Positions 30,801-40,185 of a DNA stretch of 64,000 nucleotides are shown in pieces. This stretch comes from an uncultured Phycisphaerales bacterium (GTDB taxonomy: Bacteria > Planctomycetota > Phycisphaerae > Tepidisphaerales > Tepidisphaeraceae): the NCBI GenBank assembly GCA_963758525.1, contig CAVWVQ010000003.1, positions 1,664,001-1,728,000 on the forward strand. Direction: 5' to 3'. Each line of letters begins with the position of its first letter. Within the stretch, counting starts at the first letter, position 1. A model generated the notes under the pieces. It did no database searches and had not been told where the DNA came from. It was given only the letters and a program-made list of their open reading frames with translations. Both the position numbers and the translations under genes were made by a program.

Positions 30801-32222
30801 TCAGGAGGTATTGAGCCGTATCTGGATTTTGGCGGCGCGGGTCGGGTCGGTGGCGTCGGCGGCAATCAGGACGTTGCGGATGCTTTCGGCGAGGCGTCGG
30901 GCCAGATTGGCCAGGGAGCCAAAGAGCTGCTTGGCCTGTCGCGTCAGCAGGCTGCCGCGTTCGACAAGTTGCAGGATCAGATGGGCGATCTGCAACAGGA
31001 TGTAGAAGTTCTTGATCTGCAATGAGCCGATGCTGTAGGCATGCTCCAGGTTGAACCCGCCGTTCTTCTGGAGGTTGAATCCTTCGTTTTCGATTTTCCA
31101 GCGGCACCGTCCTCCGCGGTTGCCCAGGGTCGCAACGCTGTCGGCGTTGACCGACCAGTTGGTGAGCCAGGCAAAGAGGCGGGTTTGGCCGTCGAGCTTT
31201 TCCCGGCACTGGAAGGCGTTGACGCGGTGGCGCCGCTTCTGGTCGTCGACATGTTCCAATTGTCCGACCCAGGCGAAGGTTTGGCGGACGCCGTCGTCGG
31301 TTCTTTGGGTCTTGCGGTTCTTGGGACACATCGCCAGAAGACTCTGATATTCCTGCCAGAAAGCCGGCATCGATCCTTCCTTGAAGGTGATGAAATACTT
31401 CCAGCAGTTTTTACGGCAGATGTCCATCGCCGTGCCGTTGGCGTAGAGGGCGTCGAAACAGAGGCACAGCGACAATTGGGGATAGCTCTTCTTGAGCCGC
31501 TTGGCCAGGCGGGCAAAAGCCTTCAGTTCACAGTCCTGCTTGCTGGCCTTGGGATCGGCATTCTCGACGAACTCGCTTTCCAGGGAGATGGCGAGGCCTT
31601 CGGGGGTGACCAGCTTGGCCTCCAGCACATTGTGGAAATAGAGCGTCGTCTCGCCGTGCTTTTGCTCCAGGCACTGGGGGCAATGACGCTGGTTGAAACG
31701 CAGTTGCCCGGTGCCATCGAAGACCACCAGGAAGTGGCCCATGAGCCGGCCGTTGTCCAGGGCTTTCATGCGGATCAGGCGTTGGACCATTTTCCGCCGC
31801 AGCAGCGGCAAAGACGCCGCGGGCACCCGCCCCAGGAAATAGTTCAGGGTGTCGGAGTGGGCCATCGTCTCCTGCTCTGCGCGGGAGAGCGCATTGAGAT
31901 TGGCCAGCGCCTCGGGCGTGTCCAGCTCAAAACGCAGCCTTCGGCGCGAGCCGAGCTTGAGCAGGAAGAGCATCAGGCCCATCCAGGTCAGGAACCGCCG
32001 GCCATAAGTGATGGCGTCCTGGTCGCGTTTGTCGCCCACTTCCCCGAGCCATTGGAACAGATCGGGGAAGAAATGGCTGACCGTCCTGGCCAGTGTCGCG
32101 CCCAGGTCTAAACCCTGCCGGCGCGCCGGGCTTTGTCGGTCCGGTGCAGTTGGATCAGGGCCAGCTGCAAATTGGTGATCTCCTGCAGCAGACGTTTGAG
32201 CCGCCGATGTTCCTGCACCCAT
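30801..32222 (-). CDS. DDE transposase (true start probably near 32100)
   Basis: VVFDGTG, CPQC, KQDCELKAF.RL, CFDALY, RCRWKIENEGFN. Confidence 0.9.
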   Translation of the reverse strand: MGAGTSAAQTSAAGDHQFAAGPDPTAPDRQSPARRQGLDLGATLARTVSHFFPDLFQWLGEVGDKRDQDAITYGRRFLTWMGLMLFLLKLGSRRRLRFELDTPEALANLNALSRAEQETMAHSDTLNYFLGRVPAASLPLLRRKMVQRLIRMKALDNGRLMGHFLVVFDGTGQLRFNQRHCPQCLEQKHGETTLYFHNVLEAKLVTPEGLAISLESEFVENADPKASKQDCELKAFARLAKRLKKSYPQLSLCLCFDALYANGTAMDICRKNCWKYFITFKEGSMPAFWQEYQSLLAMCPKNRKTQRTDDGVRQTFAWVGQLEHVDDQKRRHRVNAFQCREKLDGQTRLFAWLTNWSVNADSVATLGNRGGRCRWKIENEGFNLQKNGGFNLEHAYSIGSLQIKNFYILLQIAHLILQLVERGSLLTRQAKQLFGSLANLARRLAESIRNVLIAADATDPTRAAKIQIRLNTS

Positions 32223-32431
32223 GCCTCCACCTCATCCTTGAGATCCTTGGGGACGTAGACCGTACGGGTCTTGCCGCGGCGCTTGAGGGTCAACTGGCAG
32301 CCGCCGCCGCGTTGCGTGCCAAGGGATGCGGCCAGGGGCGGACATCGCGGGACAAGTTCCTTGACCCTGGCGTCCCGCATCCGCCGCAGCAGAGTGGGGT
32401 GATTGGGAAGCTTCATGGCATTCCTCCTCAT
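32108..32431 (-). CDS. DUF6788-like IS accessory protein
   Basis: QLTLKRRGKTRTVYVP..VEAWVQEHRRLKRLLQEI; lies inside the IS, upstream of the transposase. Confidence 0.7.
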   Translation of the reverse strand: MRRNAMKLPNHPTLLRRMRDARVKELVPRCPPLAASLGTQRGGGCQLTLKRRGKTRTVYVPKDLKDEVEAWVQEHRRLKRLLQEITNLQLALIQLHRTDKARRAGRV

Positions 32432-32837
32432 GACTAAGTGTAACTACTTAGTGTATGAGGTCAAGAAAAACCCGGACGCGAAAAAGAAAAATTGAACAAC
32501 GGAGAACACTCCCCGCCCTTGTGCCCCCGATTATGCTGCAAAAAGCCTTTTACTTTGGAGCTGAAAGGTGCGAGAAATTACGATTCGTCACGGCTGCTGA
32601 ATAATAACGGCGGTCTTCGGGGCTTTCCCGGGCTTTCAACGGACGCGAAGTGAGCCGCGCCCCCTTCTTTGAACGAACCGGCTTTCTTGGACGTAACCAG
32701 CCTGTCGCGTACGCCGGAAATGCGAAGAGGGAGGAAATGCGAAGAGAGAGGAAACGCGAAGAGGGACGCCCGTACTTCCTGAACGGCGGAAACGCGACCT
32801 TCCTCGGAACACGCGGCGAAGTGAGCGTTCAATCGTT

Positions 32838-33160
32838 TCAAACGCTATTCGCGATTTCCCTGCAGCGCGGGTAATTTCGGCAACCCCAGAAGGGCCGACC
32901 GGCACGCTGCGCGAGACAGTGGAGCAGTAGAACAGGTGAGCAGTAGACGGGGCAGCGCTCCGGCAGAAAGCCGGCCTGTATGTGCTGACGGCGGGAGCCA
33001 GCGGATTCGTCGTGGCGAACATGGATAGGAGCGTCGGCCCGTCGATGAGCCGGATCGGCTTGCCGGCGGCGAAGGCGCGGGCGGCTTCGCTGAATGTTCC
33101 GCAGGTGACGAAGATTCCTTCGCATTGTCGCTCCCGCTGTTCCGCTTCATGCGCGCCGGC
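32838..33160 (-). pseudogene. C-terminal remnant of an Mrr-like restriction endonuclease with topoisomerase-type zinc ribbon
   Basis: GIFVTCGTFSEAARAFAAGKPIRLIDG in one frame and CPVYC..GRPFWGCRNYPRC in another; the 5' part is missing. Confidence 0.75.
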
Positions 33161-33165
33161 GCCCC

Positions 33166-33292
33166 AAAGCCAACGGATTGTCATCCGTTGGGCATTTTCT
33201 GCGAGCGAACAGCGAACGAGGGGAGCGATGGGAAGAAACGCGGGACTGCAAATGGGAAAACGGGGACCAACGGATGGCAATCCGTTGGCTTT
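33166..33292. repeat. inverted REP pair downstream of the RAYT
   Basis: AAAGCCAACGGATTGTCATCCGTTGG (33166-33191) and ACCAACGGATGGCAATCCGTTGGCTTT (33266-33292). Confidence 0.9.
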
Positions 33293-33914
33293 ATTGTGGA
33301 AACGGACCGGCGCGATCGAATCTCCAGACCCGGGCCCCGCGCTTCGTGTGATCGAGAATGTACTTGAATGCTTCGACCTGATGCCCTCGGTCGGCGATCG
33401 GCTCAGCGCGCGAGCGTTTCGCCCACAACCCGCCCTTCGCGCTGCGAAGGCCCAACTGACGAACGGAGTGCGACGCGTGCTTCTTCGCAAGGCCGATCCA
33501 GTGTCTCGGTTTGTGATCGGGGAAGCGAGCGAGGACGTGGAGGTGCCGGGAATCCAGCGAGACAATGAGAACTTGAATCCCGTTGCGACTGAGGTTTTCC
33601 GCGATGGCGCCGGCGACGAGTTGCCGAAGCTCCGCGGCGATGCGCACCGCGTCGCGCTTCATGAGCGCCTTGGAGAGCTCGTGGAGGTTGTCGTACTTGC
33701 CCTTGGGCGGCGGATGCTTGTAGTCGCCGTCGACGTGTTCGCGGTGATGCAGGGCGCGCCATCCCCGGGGATCGCCGCGGAGCCAGGCGCCGTAGGCGTG
33801 GACGGTAACGTGATACCAGTGGTTCCAGGGAGGCTTTGGAGCGCTGTCCGAGGGAATATTTGGCGCCTTTCCCGTGACCTGTGCGAATGTCACGCGCGGA
33901 GAGCGGGATTGCAA
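33291..33914 (-). CDS. REP-associated tyrosine transposase (RAYT, HUH/Y1)
   Basis: YHVTVHAYGAWLRGDPRGW, HUH motif HLHVL, LWAK, KYILDH (catalytic Tyr). Confidence 0.85.
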   Translation of the reverse strand: MQSRSPRVTFAQVTGKAPNIPSDSAPKPPWNHWYHVTVHAYGAWLRGDPRGWRALHHREHVDGDYKHPPPKGKYDNLHELSKALMKRDAVRIAAELRQLVAGAIAENLSRNGIQVLIVSLDSRHLHVLARFPDHKPRHWIGLAKKHASHSVRQLGLRSAKGGLWAKRSRAEPIADRGHQVEAFKYILDHTKRGARVWRFDRAGPFPQ

Positions 33915-33937
33915 ATGGGAGCGGGAGGCTCAGCGCC

Positions 33938-34027
33938 AAAGCCAACGGATTGCCATCCGTTGGTCTTCTCCGAGGGCGGGAATCAAAGCTGAAAGCAGGA
34001 ACCAACGGATGGCAATCCGTTGGCTTT
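33938..34027. repeat. inverted REP pair upstream of the RAYT
   Basis: AAAGCCAACGGATTGCCATCCGTTGGT (33938-33964) and ACCAACGGATGGCAATCCGTTGGCTTT (34001-34027). Confidence 0.9.
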
Positions 34028-34184
34028 CGGGTGCGGCCGCGATGTCAAAAATCCACGCACAGTAAATGTTTATTTGCCTGCCCGGAATGTTGTAAATGAC
34101 GGGCATGCAAAAAGTCACTGCATCTCTATCGGGTTTGCCCGGCCCCAGTGAGGGCCGGCAAACAGGACGCATCACAGGCGCCGG

Positions 34185-34248
34185 AGTGAGGAAAGGGGGA
34201 GTGAGGAAAGGGGGTCAAGTGAGGAAAGGGGTTCATCAGGTTCATCAG
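34185..34248. repeat. short tandem repeats
   Basis: AGTGAGGAAAGGGG x3 followed by GGTTCATCA x2. Confidence 0.8.
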
Positions 34249-34332
34249 CCTTTTCAGACGAGATGGCCATGATGCCAGACTCGTCGTCGCGTCGGGGTTT
34301 CACGTCCTCGGTCCGATCCGACTACCGCGTCG

Positions 34333-35456
34333 TTACTTCGGCTGTGCCGATGGAATCAAACTGACGGACGCGAGATTCATCAATGTGCCGTGAGCGATTT
34401 TTACCGGCTTCACGCCGATGATGATATCCCCGGCATCTTTCAGTTCGAGTTCCCCCAGCGATAACGTCTGATAGTCGTCAGGCCCCTTTGTCGCTGTTAC
34501 GTTGCCGTCCAGTTTCCCGGCACCGGCAGTGAGTGTGAAGGTGCTTCCGTCACTCTTCGCGGGGCACGCATAATTGATGCGGACCTCAAAGCGCCCGGGC
34601 TTTGTTATCCGGACGCTCCACTGCACATAATCAGAGGGGTCGGTCCAGGACACGATGTTTGAAACGTTGCCCGGCTGTCCAACAAAAGCGGTGTGCCCGA
34701 CAACTTCCGCCCGGCCCGCATTCAGAGTAATCACTCCGTCGGATCCCTGTTCGAGCGGGGCCCTCTCGTCGAGCTTAAAGGGCTTGCCGAACCGAACTCC
34801 CTCCACCTGCAGTAAAGAGAGGGAACCAGCGCCTGGATCGCCGCCGGCGGCGCGTCGGGAAGCCCGGCCGGATCGACGATTTCCAGCGTCATGCCGTACG
34901 CGCTGAGAACTGGATCACGAATCTCCTTCCCTGCAAGTTTGGTCAGTCCGCGAATGGTCGTTTTGCGCGTCGCAGCCAGCAGCACTTTGAATCGAACAAC
35001 CATTGAGTCGTCCAGAGGCTGCTTGAGCGGAATGGAACGGAATATTCCGTCATCGGCGTCGCCGCTCCATCCCGCGCGATCGTCATCAATCTGCTGGGCG
35101 CCATCGGGGCCGATCACTTCGACGTCGGTTACGATGGCCTTGGTTTTGCGAATGTGGAGATAAATTGCAGGACCATCGAGAAGATAGCCCGGCGCCTGCT
35201 CCCGTATGGCCGCCGCGTCCAGCAGCAGGATTGTCACCCCGCGTTCCGCGAGCGCCGGGTCGGCCAGTTCCCTCCCGGTTGCGCTTTTGGGCGCCTTGAT
35301 CTCAACAGTTTTGGAATCGAATGCGACCACTGGCGCAGTGCTTGGACCAGCCTCTGGCGGGTCATTGGCCCAGCCGGCCGGGGCAAGAATGCCGAGCAGG
35401 CAAGATACGGCCAATATTGTCGAATGGTTTGTTCGACGCGGAACGTGGGCTGCCAT
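34333..35456 (-). CDS. secreted protein with a C-terminal CBM6-like carbohydrate-binding domain (frameshifted)
   Basis: Signal peptide in ORF 34731-35564; SWTDPSDYVQW..PGRFEVRINYAC in ORF 34333-34806. Confidence 0.65.
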
Positions 35457-35638
35457 GGTTCCTCCGCGGATCGAAATCGCTGATGGAGTCATCCGATTCC
35501 CGGACTCGCCATTATCGCACCGCGGAAACAATATTTCGAATAATTCCGAATACTGAAATCGCAATACACAGCGTCATCGCCGAAGCGGAACTACGGGCCG
35601 TTGCAATCCGTCGCCTGGTGAAACAAGATCGTGGGTCG

Positions 35639-36232
35639 ATGCCGTCGGTGCCGCTCGATCCTCCGACATTACTCTCCGCCTACGCGCAGGGGCTGTTTCC
35701 GATGGCGGAGCGGGACGGGAAGATTCAGTACTTCACCGCTGATCCGCGCGGCATCCTTCCGCTCGACAAATTCCACGTTTCCAAAACGCTCGCGCAATTC
35801 ATGCGGAAGGAGCCGCCGGTCTACGAGCTTCGCATCAATCATGATTTCCCCGGGACGATCCGCCGCTGCATGGAGACGCCGCGCAGGGGGGCGTGGATTA
35901 ATGAAAGACTGATCGACGCGTATTGCCGGCTGCACGAGATCGGCTTTGCGCACAGCGTTGAAACCTGGTGGAACGGCGAGCCCGCCGGCGGTCTCTACGG
36001 GGTCAGCCTGGGCGCGGCGTTCTTTGGTGAAAGCATGTTTCACACCCGGCGCGACGCGAGCAAAGTCGCGCTGGTTCATCTCGTCGATCGTCTGCGAGAT
36101 CGCGGATTCGAGCTGCTGGATACGCAGGCCGTCACCGCTCATCTCGCGACGTTTGGCGCGATCGCCATCCCGGCCAGTGAATATCTCGGCCGACTCCACC
36201 GCGCGCTCAAACGCGAGTGTGACTTTGTGTGA
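35639..36232 (+). CDS. aat: leucyl/phenylalanyl-tRNA-protein transferase
   Basis: LLSAYAQGLFPMA, DPRGIL, AHSVETW, GGLYGV..FFGESMF, DASKVAL. Confidence 0.95.
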   Translation: MPSVPLDPPTLLSAYAQGLFPMAERDGKIQYFTADPRGILPLDKFHVSKTLAQFMRKEPPVYELRINHDFPGTIRRCMETPRRGAWINERLIDAYCRLHEIGFAHSVETWWNGEPAGGLYGVSLGAAFFGESMFHTRRDASKVALVHLVDRLRDRGFELLDTQAVTAHLATFGAIAIPASEYLGRLHRALKRECDFV

Positions 36233-36254
36233 AGAGGGTTCAGGGTGTCAGGGT

Positions 36255-36597
36255 TCAGGATTCCTCGGCCGCTTCGATCGAGACGGTGAGTCCCTTGGAT
36301 TCGAACTGATCCTTGTATAACTCCGCCCGTTCTTTGTGCGTCACCAGGAGCAGGGAGACATTCTCTTTATCGGCCTCGTGGGTGCGCAGAACGCGCTTCT
36401 TGTTCGTTCAGCGGCGTGAGTTCCATAATCGTCATCACGACGAACTCCACGCTATTTTTGTCGTCATTGTGAAGCAGCACTTTCCAAGGCGGCAGCATTT
36501 TGGGCGGCTTGGGTTTGGACGCAGGACGCCGCTTCGGCTTCGCCGTCGCCGTGCCCGCGCCTTCCGAGGGAGGAGGAGATTGAGTTTCGTCGGACAT
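36255..36597 (-). CDS. clpS: ClpS adaptor (frameshift near 36395)
   Basis: LPPWKVLLHNDD..VEFVV, then VSLLLVTHKERAELYKDQFESKGLTVSIE in the next frame. Confidence 0.9.
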
Positions 36598-36697
36598 GAG
36601 GTGCGTTATTATATCGCCTCGGTGGCTCAACGCTCAACCGAAAAAGTGGAACCGAAAAAGTGGGGGTGTGGTGCTCGAAAGTGGCGATCGGCTCCGA

Positions 36698-36765
36698 GTA
36701 GGGCGGGATTCATCCCGCCGATTTGTTGGCCGGCTGAGAAAACGGCGGGATGAATCCCGCCCTAC
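36698..36765. repeat. GTAG-type REP doublet
   Basis: Perfect 23-bp inverted repeat GTAGGGCGGGATTCATCCCGCCG. Confidence 0.9.
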
Positions 36766-36812
36766 GATCGCAAAATCTGCAATCGCCACAAATAAAAGTT
36801 ACACCCAAAAAT

Positions 36813-36957
36813 GGAAGCCAGGAGTCAGGAGCCAGAAGTAAGGAGCAATGAGGGAAACGCAGCGGCATTGTCCCTACCTCCGATTTCTGCTTCATTGATT
36901 CTGACTTCTGACTTCTGACTTCTGACTTCTGGCTTCTTGCTTCTGACTCCTGGCTCC
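36813..36957. repeat. inverted heptamer arrays (TTCTGAC)n
   Basis: GCCAGGAGTCAGGAGCCAGAAG facing TTCTGAC x4 plus degenerate copies. Confidence 0.85.
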
Positions 36958-37003
36958 TTCCTTCCGCCTTCTTGCTCGTCGCTTCTTCCCGTACATTCGT
37001 TCC

Positions 37004-38135
37004 ATGTCAACGCGTTTGCTGATCGGGGCCATGAGCGGCACCAGCGCGGATGGGGTCGATGTTGCACTGGTGGAAATCGAAGGTCACGGTCTGTCGATGC
37101 GATGCACCCTTCGACGGCACGTGCAGCGGTCATATTCCGCGGGAATTCGCGCACATTTTCGCGATCCGCGGCTTGGGCCGCGTCGCGCTGGGAGAGTTGG
37201 CAGGGCTCGCTCGTGAAATATCGGATTGCTACGCCGAGGCGGTGAACGCACTGCTCTCGATCACCCAAACGTCAACGGCGGATGTGGAGGCTGTCGCGGC
37301 CCACGGACAAACATTGTTTCATTTGCCGCCTGACACGATTCAGTGGCTCGATCCGGCGCGACTGGCGGCAAACACCGGCTGTCGAGTGGTAAGCGATTTT
37401 CGTCGGGCGGATTGTGCCGCGGGCGGACAGGGAGCGCCGCTGGTGCCGTTTGCGGATTACATTCTGTTCCGCGATGCCAAGCGATCGCGCGTGCTGCTGA
37501 ACCTGGGAGGCATTGCGAATCTGACGTATCTGGGCGCGGGCGAGCCGATCGATCGGCTCATCGCATTTGATACCGGGCCGGCGAATTGCATCAGCGATCA
37601 TCTCATGCGTCGGCACGATCCTGAGGGCCCCGGGTTTGACGCGGGCGGGACACTCGCCGCGAGCGGGCATCCGATCGAAGAAGTGGTCATGCGTGTGTTG
37701 GAAGACGCCTGGTTCACGGCAAGGCCGCCGAAGTCCACCGACAGCCCGGCGATGATTCGGCTGTTTGATGATGCCGTTGCGGAAGCGGGCGCAGACGGCG
37801 CGGCGATCAGCGACCTGCTGGCGACGAGCTGCGCGATCGCGGCGCGTGGAGTCAGCAACGCGATCGCGCGATGGTTGCCGGGCAACGTGGATGAAGTGAT
37901 CGTCAGCGGCGGCGGGAGTGAAAACCTCGCGTTGATGCAACTGCTCAACGGCTTGGCGCCGCGCGTCGTGCGCAGCGATTCGCTGGGAGTGCCTTCGAAC
38001 GCCAAGGAGGCGATCGCATTTGCTCTGATCGGGGCCGCAACGCTCGATGGGATTGCGTCGAACGTGCCGGCAGCGACGGGAGCGCGTTCAGCGGTAGTAT
38101 TGGGATCGATCACACCGGCGCAGCGCCGAAGCTGA
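37004..38135 (+). CDS. anmK: anhydro-N-acetylmuramic acid kinase (frameshift near 37150)
   Basis: GAMSGTSADGVD, then HGQTLFH, SDFRRAD.AAGGQGAPLVP, LNLGGIAN, FDTGPAN, KEAIAFA. Confidence 0.93.
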
Positions 38136-38159
38136 ATGCCACCAAACGCAAGGTGTTGA

Positions 38160-38783
38160 TCAGGCGCTCCAAATCTCTTTGAGTCGCACCATCAGGCCGG
38201 GGAACAGAGATGGGCGGATCTCTTCGTCGCCTTGGCCGACGGCATCGTCATCGAATGCGCCGTCGCGGAGAACCAGGCACTGCAATGTCCGCTGAAATGG
38301 ATCGAGCAGCCAATAATTCGGAACGCCGAATTCGCCATACCAGCGGCGCTTGGTGCGGTGGTCGTGCTTCTCGTGGCCGGGGCTGATGCACTCTATGATG
38401 AGTGCCGGCGGGATGAGAATACGGGTGCGTTCTGGATCCTTACGGCCTGCCGCCACCGCGGCTTCGCGTTGCCGCTGCTCCTCGGCTGCGGTCAAAAAGG
38501 CGGCATCCGCTCGCGCAACGCGATCCTCGTCCACCACGATATCCACTTCCGTGGCAAAGCTGCCGACCTCTTCGCCGATGTGGAGGACCACGCGAGAAAT
38601 CAATCGTAGAAGCGACTTGCCGCCGACGAAATATGCGGGAGCCATTGTGGTGAGTACTCCCTCGACGATCTCGTAGCGGCCGTTCCACCACTGTCGCTCG
38701 ATTTCCGGATCGTCGAGATCCTGCGCGGTCCAGCCGGTGGTGCCAGGATTGAACGGGCGAGATTCCTTCAGGCCGGAAGACAT
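38160..38783 (-). CDS. Uma2 family endonuclease
   Basis: RYEIVEGVL, PALIIECISP, KRRWYGEFGVPNYWLLDP. Confidence 0.9.
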   Translation of the reverse strand: MSSGLKESRPFNPGTTGWTAQDLDDPEIERQWWNGRYEIVEGVLTTMAPAYFVGGKSLLRLISRVVLHIGEEVGSFATEVDIVVDEDRVARADAAFLTAAEEQRQREAAVAAGRKDPERTRILIPPALIIECISPGHEKHDHRTKRRWYGEFGVPNYWLLDPFQRTLQCLVLRDGAFDDDAVGQGDEEIRPSLFPGLMVRLKEIWSA

Positions 38784-38987
38784 GACCTGATTATAATGGG
38801 GACGGAGCGACTTGCGAGAAAAATCGGGGTCGGGATCGGGAGTGCGCCGGCATCCCAAGTCGAAACAGGTAAAAAGCTTCTTCAATCGCGGGGGGGCTGT
38901 CTCTGATGATTTGGCGCCGCGGATTTTCCGATGCAGCCAATCTGTTTCGTTCAGTCGACGGCGTACCGAACTGGAATGCCGCGGGGT

Positions 38988-40142
38988 TCAAAACGGCGGC
39001 TGCTCGCCCTTTTTCCACCAGTCGGCGGCGTCGCGACGGGGTTTGTCGCGGTCGTCGTCGAGAGTGTTGCCGCCGCCGGGGAGGAAGGGGTTGTCGTCAT
39101 CCTTCTGGTCGGGCGAATTGCCGCGGACCATGGAGGCGAGGGAAATCGCGAAGATGGGGCTGATGGAGCGGAGGAGGATCTGATCGTCGCCGGTGAACGG
39201 GGTTCGGGCGTCGCGGAAGAACATGATGGTGGCGAGCGATTCGCCGAGATAGGTGCAGTTGACGGCGAGCAGGTCATGGCCGCCGAGAAGGTGAAGCTCC
39301 TGGGGAGTGAATTTGGCCGCGAGATTTTGGATCCGCGTGTGCAGCAGGCCGTCGCGGAAGGTCGGCGGCAGCACCACGCGCTTCAGGGCGTCGGTGAGGA
39401 TGCGCTCCCCGGCGACCGTGTATTTCATGTATGCGCCAAGCTGGAATTCTCCATCGTCGGCGGCGAGCCAGATGGCGACGTTTGAATAGCCGACCTGGCG
39501 CATGAGCCAGTCCATTGCATGGCAGAGGAGTTGCTCGAGATCCGCGGCGTTGTCGATGTATTTGCGAAAGCCTTCCTGATGGCGGACGCCATCGAGTTGC
39601 TTTGAGAGCTCGCCGTACGCGGTCACCAGGTCGTTGCAGAGCAGATCGACTTTTTTGCTGATGACCCGCCGGGCCTCGCCGAGCCGGCGCACCGCGACCT
39701 TGAGGCGGTCCATGCGTTTCTCGCGCCGCGCGCCTTTCGCCTGGCGGTCCAGCGCGCGGCGCAGGCGGTCGGTGATCTGTTCGTAGTTGAAGGGTTTGGG
39801 CAGAAAGTCGACGGCTCCATGCCGCATCGCGTTGACCGCGCGATCGACGCTGGGAGAGCCGGTCATGATCACCGCCGACGCATGCGGCTGATGCAGACGA
39901 AGCGTATCGAGGAGAGTCGTGCCGTCTCCGTCGGGGAGATGCACATCGGCGATCATCAGCTCGATGGTCTGGGTCTCCAGAATGCGGCGCGCTTCGCCGA
40001 CGTTGGCGGCACGCAGCACGGTGCAGGAGAAGCTGCGATGAGCCATGTCTTCGACGAGCTCGAGCAGGGCCGGCTCGTCATCCACGAGCAGAATTCGGGC
40101 GGGCTCGGCCATCTCAGATTTTACGTTCAGGACCGGCGCCAT
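38988..40142 (-). CDS. response regulator with coiled-coil and GAF-like C-terminus
   Basis: ILLVDDE, ADVHLPDGDG, DFLPKPF. Confidence 0.88.
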   Translation of the reverse strand: MAPVLNVKSEMAEPARILLVDDEPALLELVEDMAHRSFSCTVLRAANVGEARRILETQTIELMIADVHLPDGDGTTLLDTLRLHQPHASAVIMTGSPSVDRAVNAMRHGAVDFLPKPFNYEQITDRLRRALDRQAKGARREKRMDRLKVAVRRLGEARRVISKKVDLLCNDLVTAYGELSKQLDGVRHQEGFRKYIDNAADLEQLLCHAMDWLMRQVGYSNVAIWLAADDGEFQLGAYMKYTVAGERILTDALKRVVLPPTFRDGLLHTRIQNLAAKFTPQELHLLGGHDLLAVNCTYLGESLATIMFFRDARTPFTGDDQILLRSISPIFAISLASMVRGNSPDQKDDDNPFLPGGGNTLDDDRDKPRRDAADWWKKGEQPPF

Positions 40143-40185
40143 TCATTCGCTCCTGTTGCGCTGGCGGCACTCGCATGCCAGCGCG

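Larger units (their letters stand above)
30643..32596 (-). mobile_element. complete two-ORF DDE insertion sequence (family uncertain; ISAs1/ISNCY-like)
   Basis: Perfect 18-bp TIRs CAGCCGTGACGAATCGTA / TACGATTCGTCACGGCTG; 9-bp TSD CTGAATAAT at 30634-30642 and 32597-32605. Confidence 0.93.

Noticed and set aside
32105..32118. GGGTTTA slippery heptamer in the IS
   Set aside because: It is not in the X XXY YYZ register for the upstream ORF (AGG GTT TAG).
33166..34027. REP repeats read as a mini-CRISPR array or IS TIRs
   Set aside because: They alternate in orientation, are internally palindromic and flank a HUH transposase; no TSD is seen.
37004..38135. anmK/murQ as a surprise in a planctomycete
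   Set aside because: Peptidoglycan in Planctomycetota is established, so recycling genes are expected.
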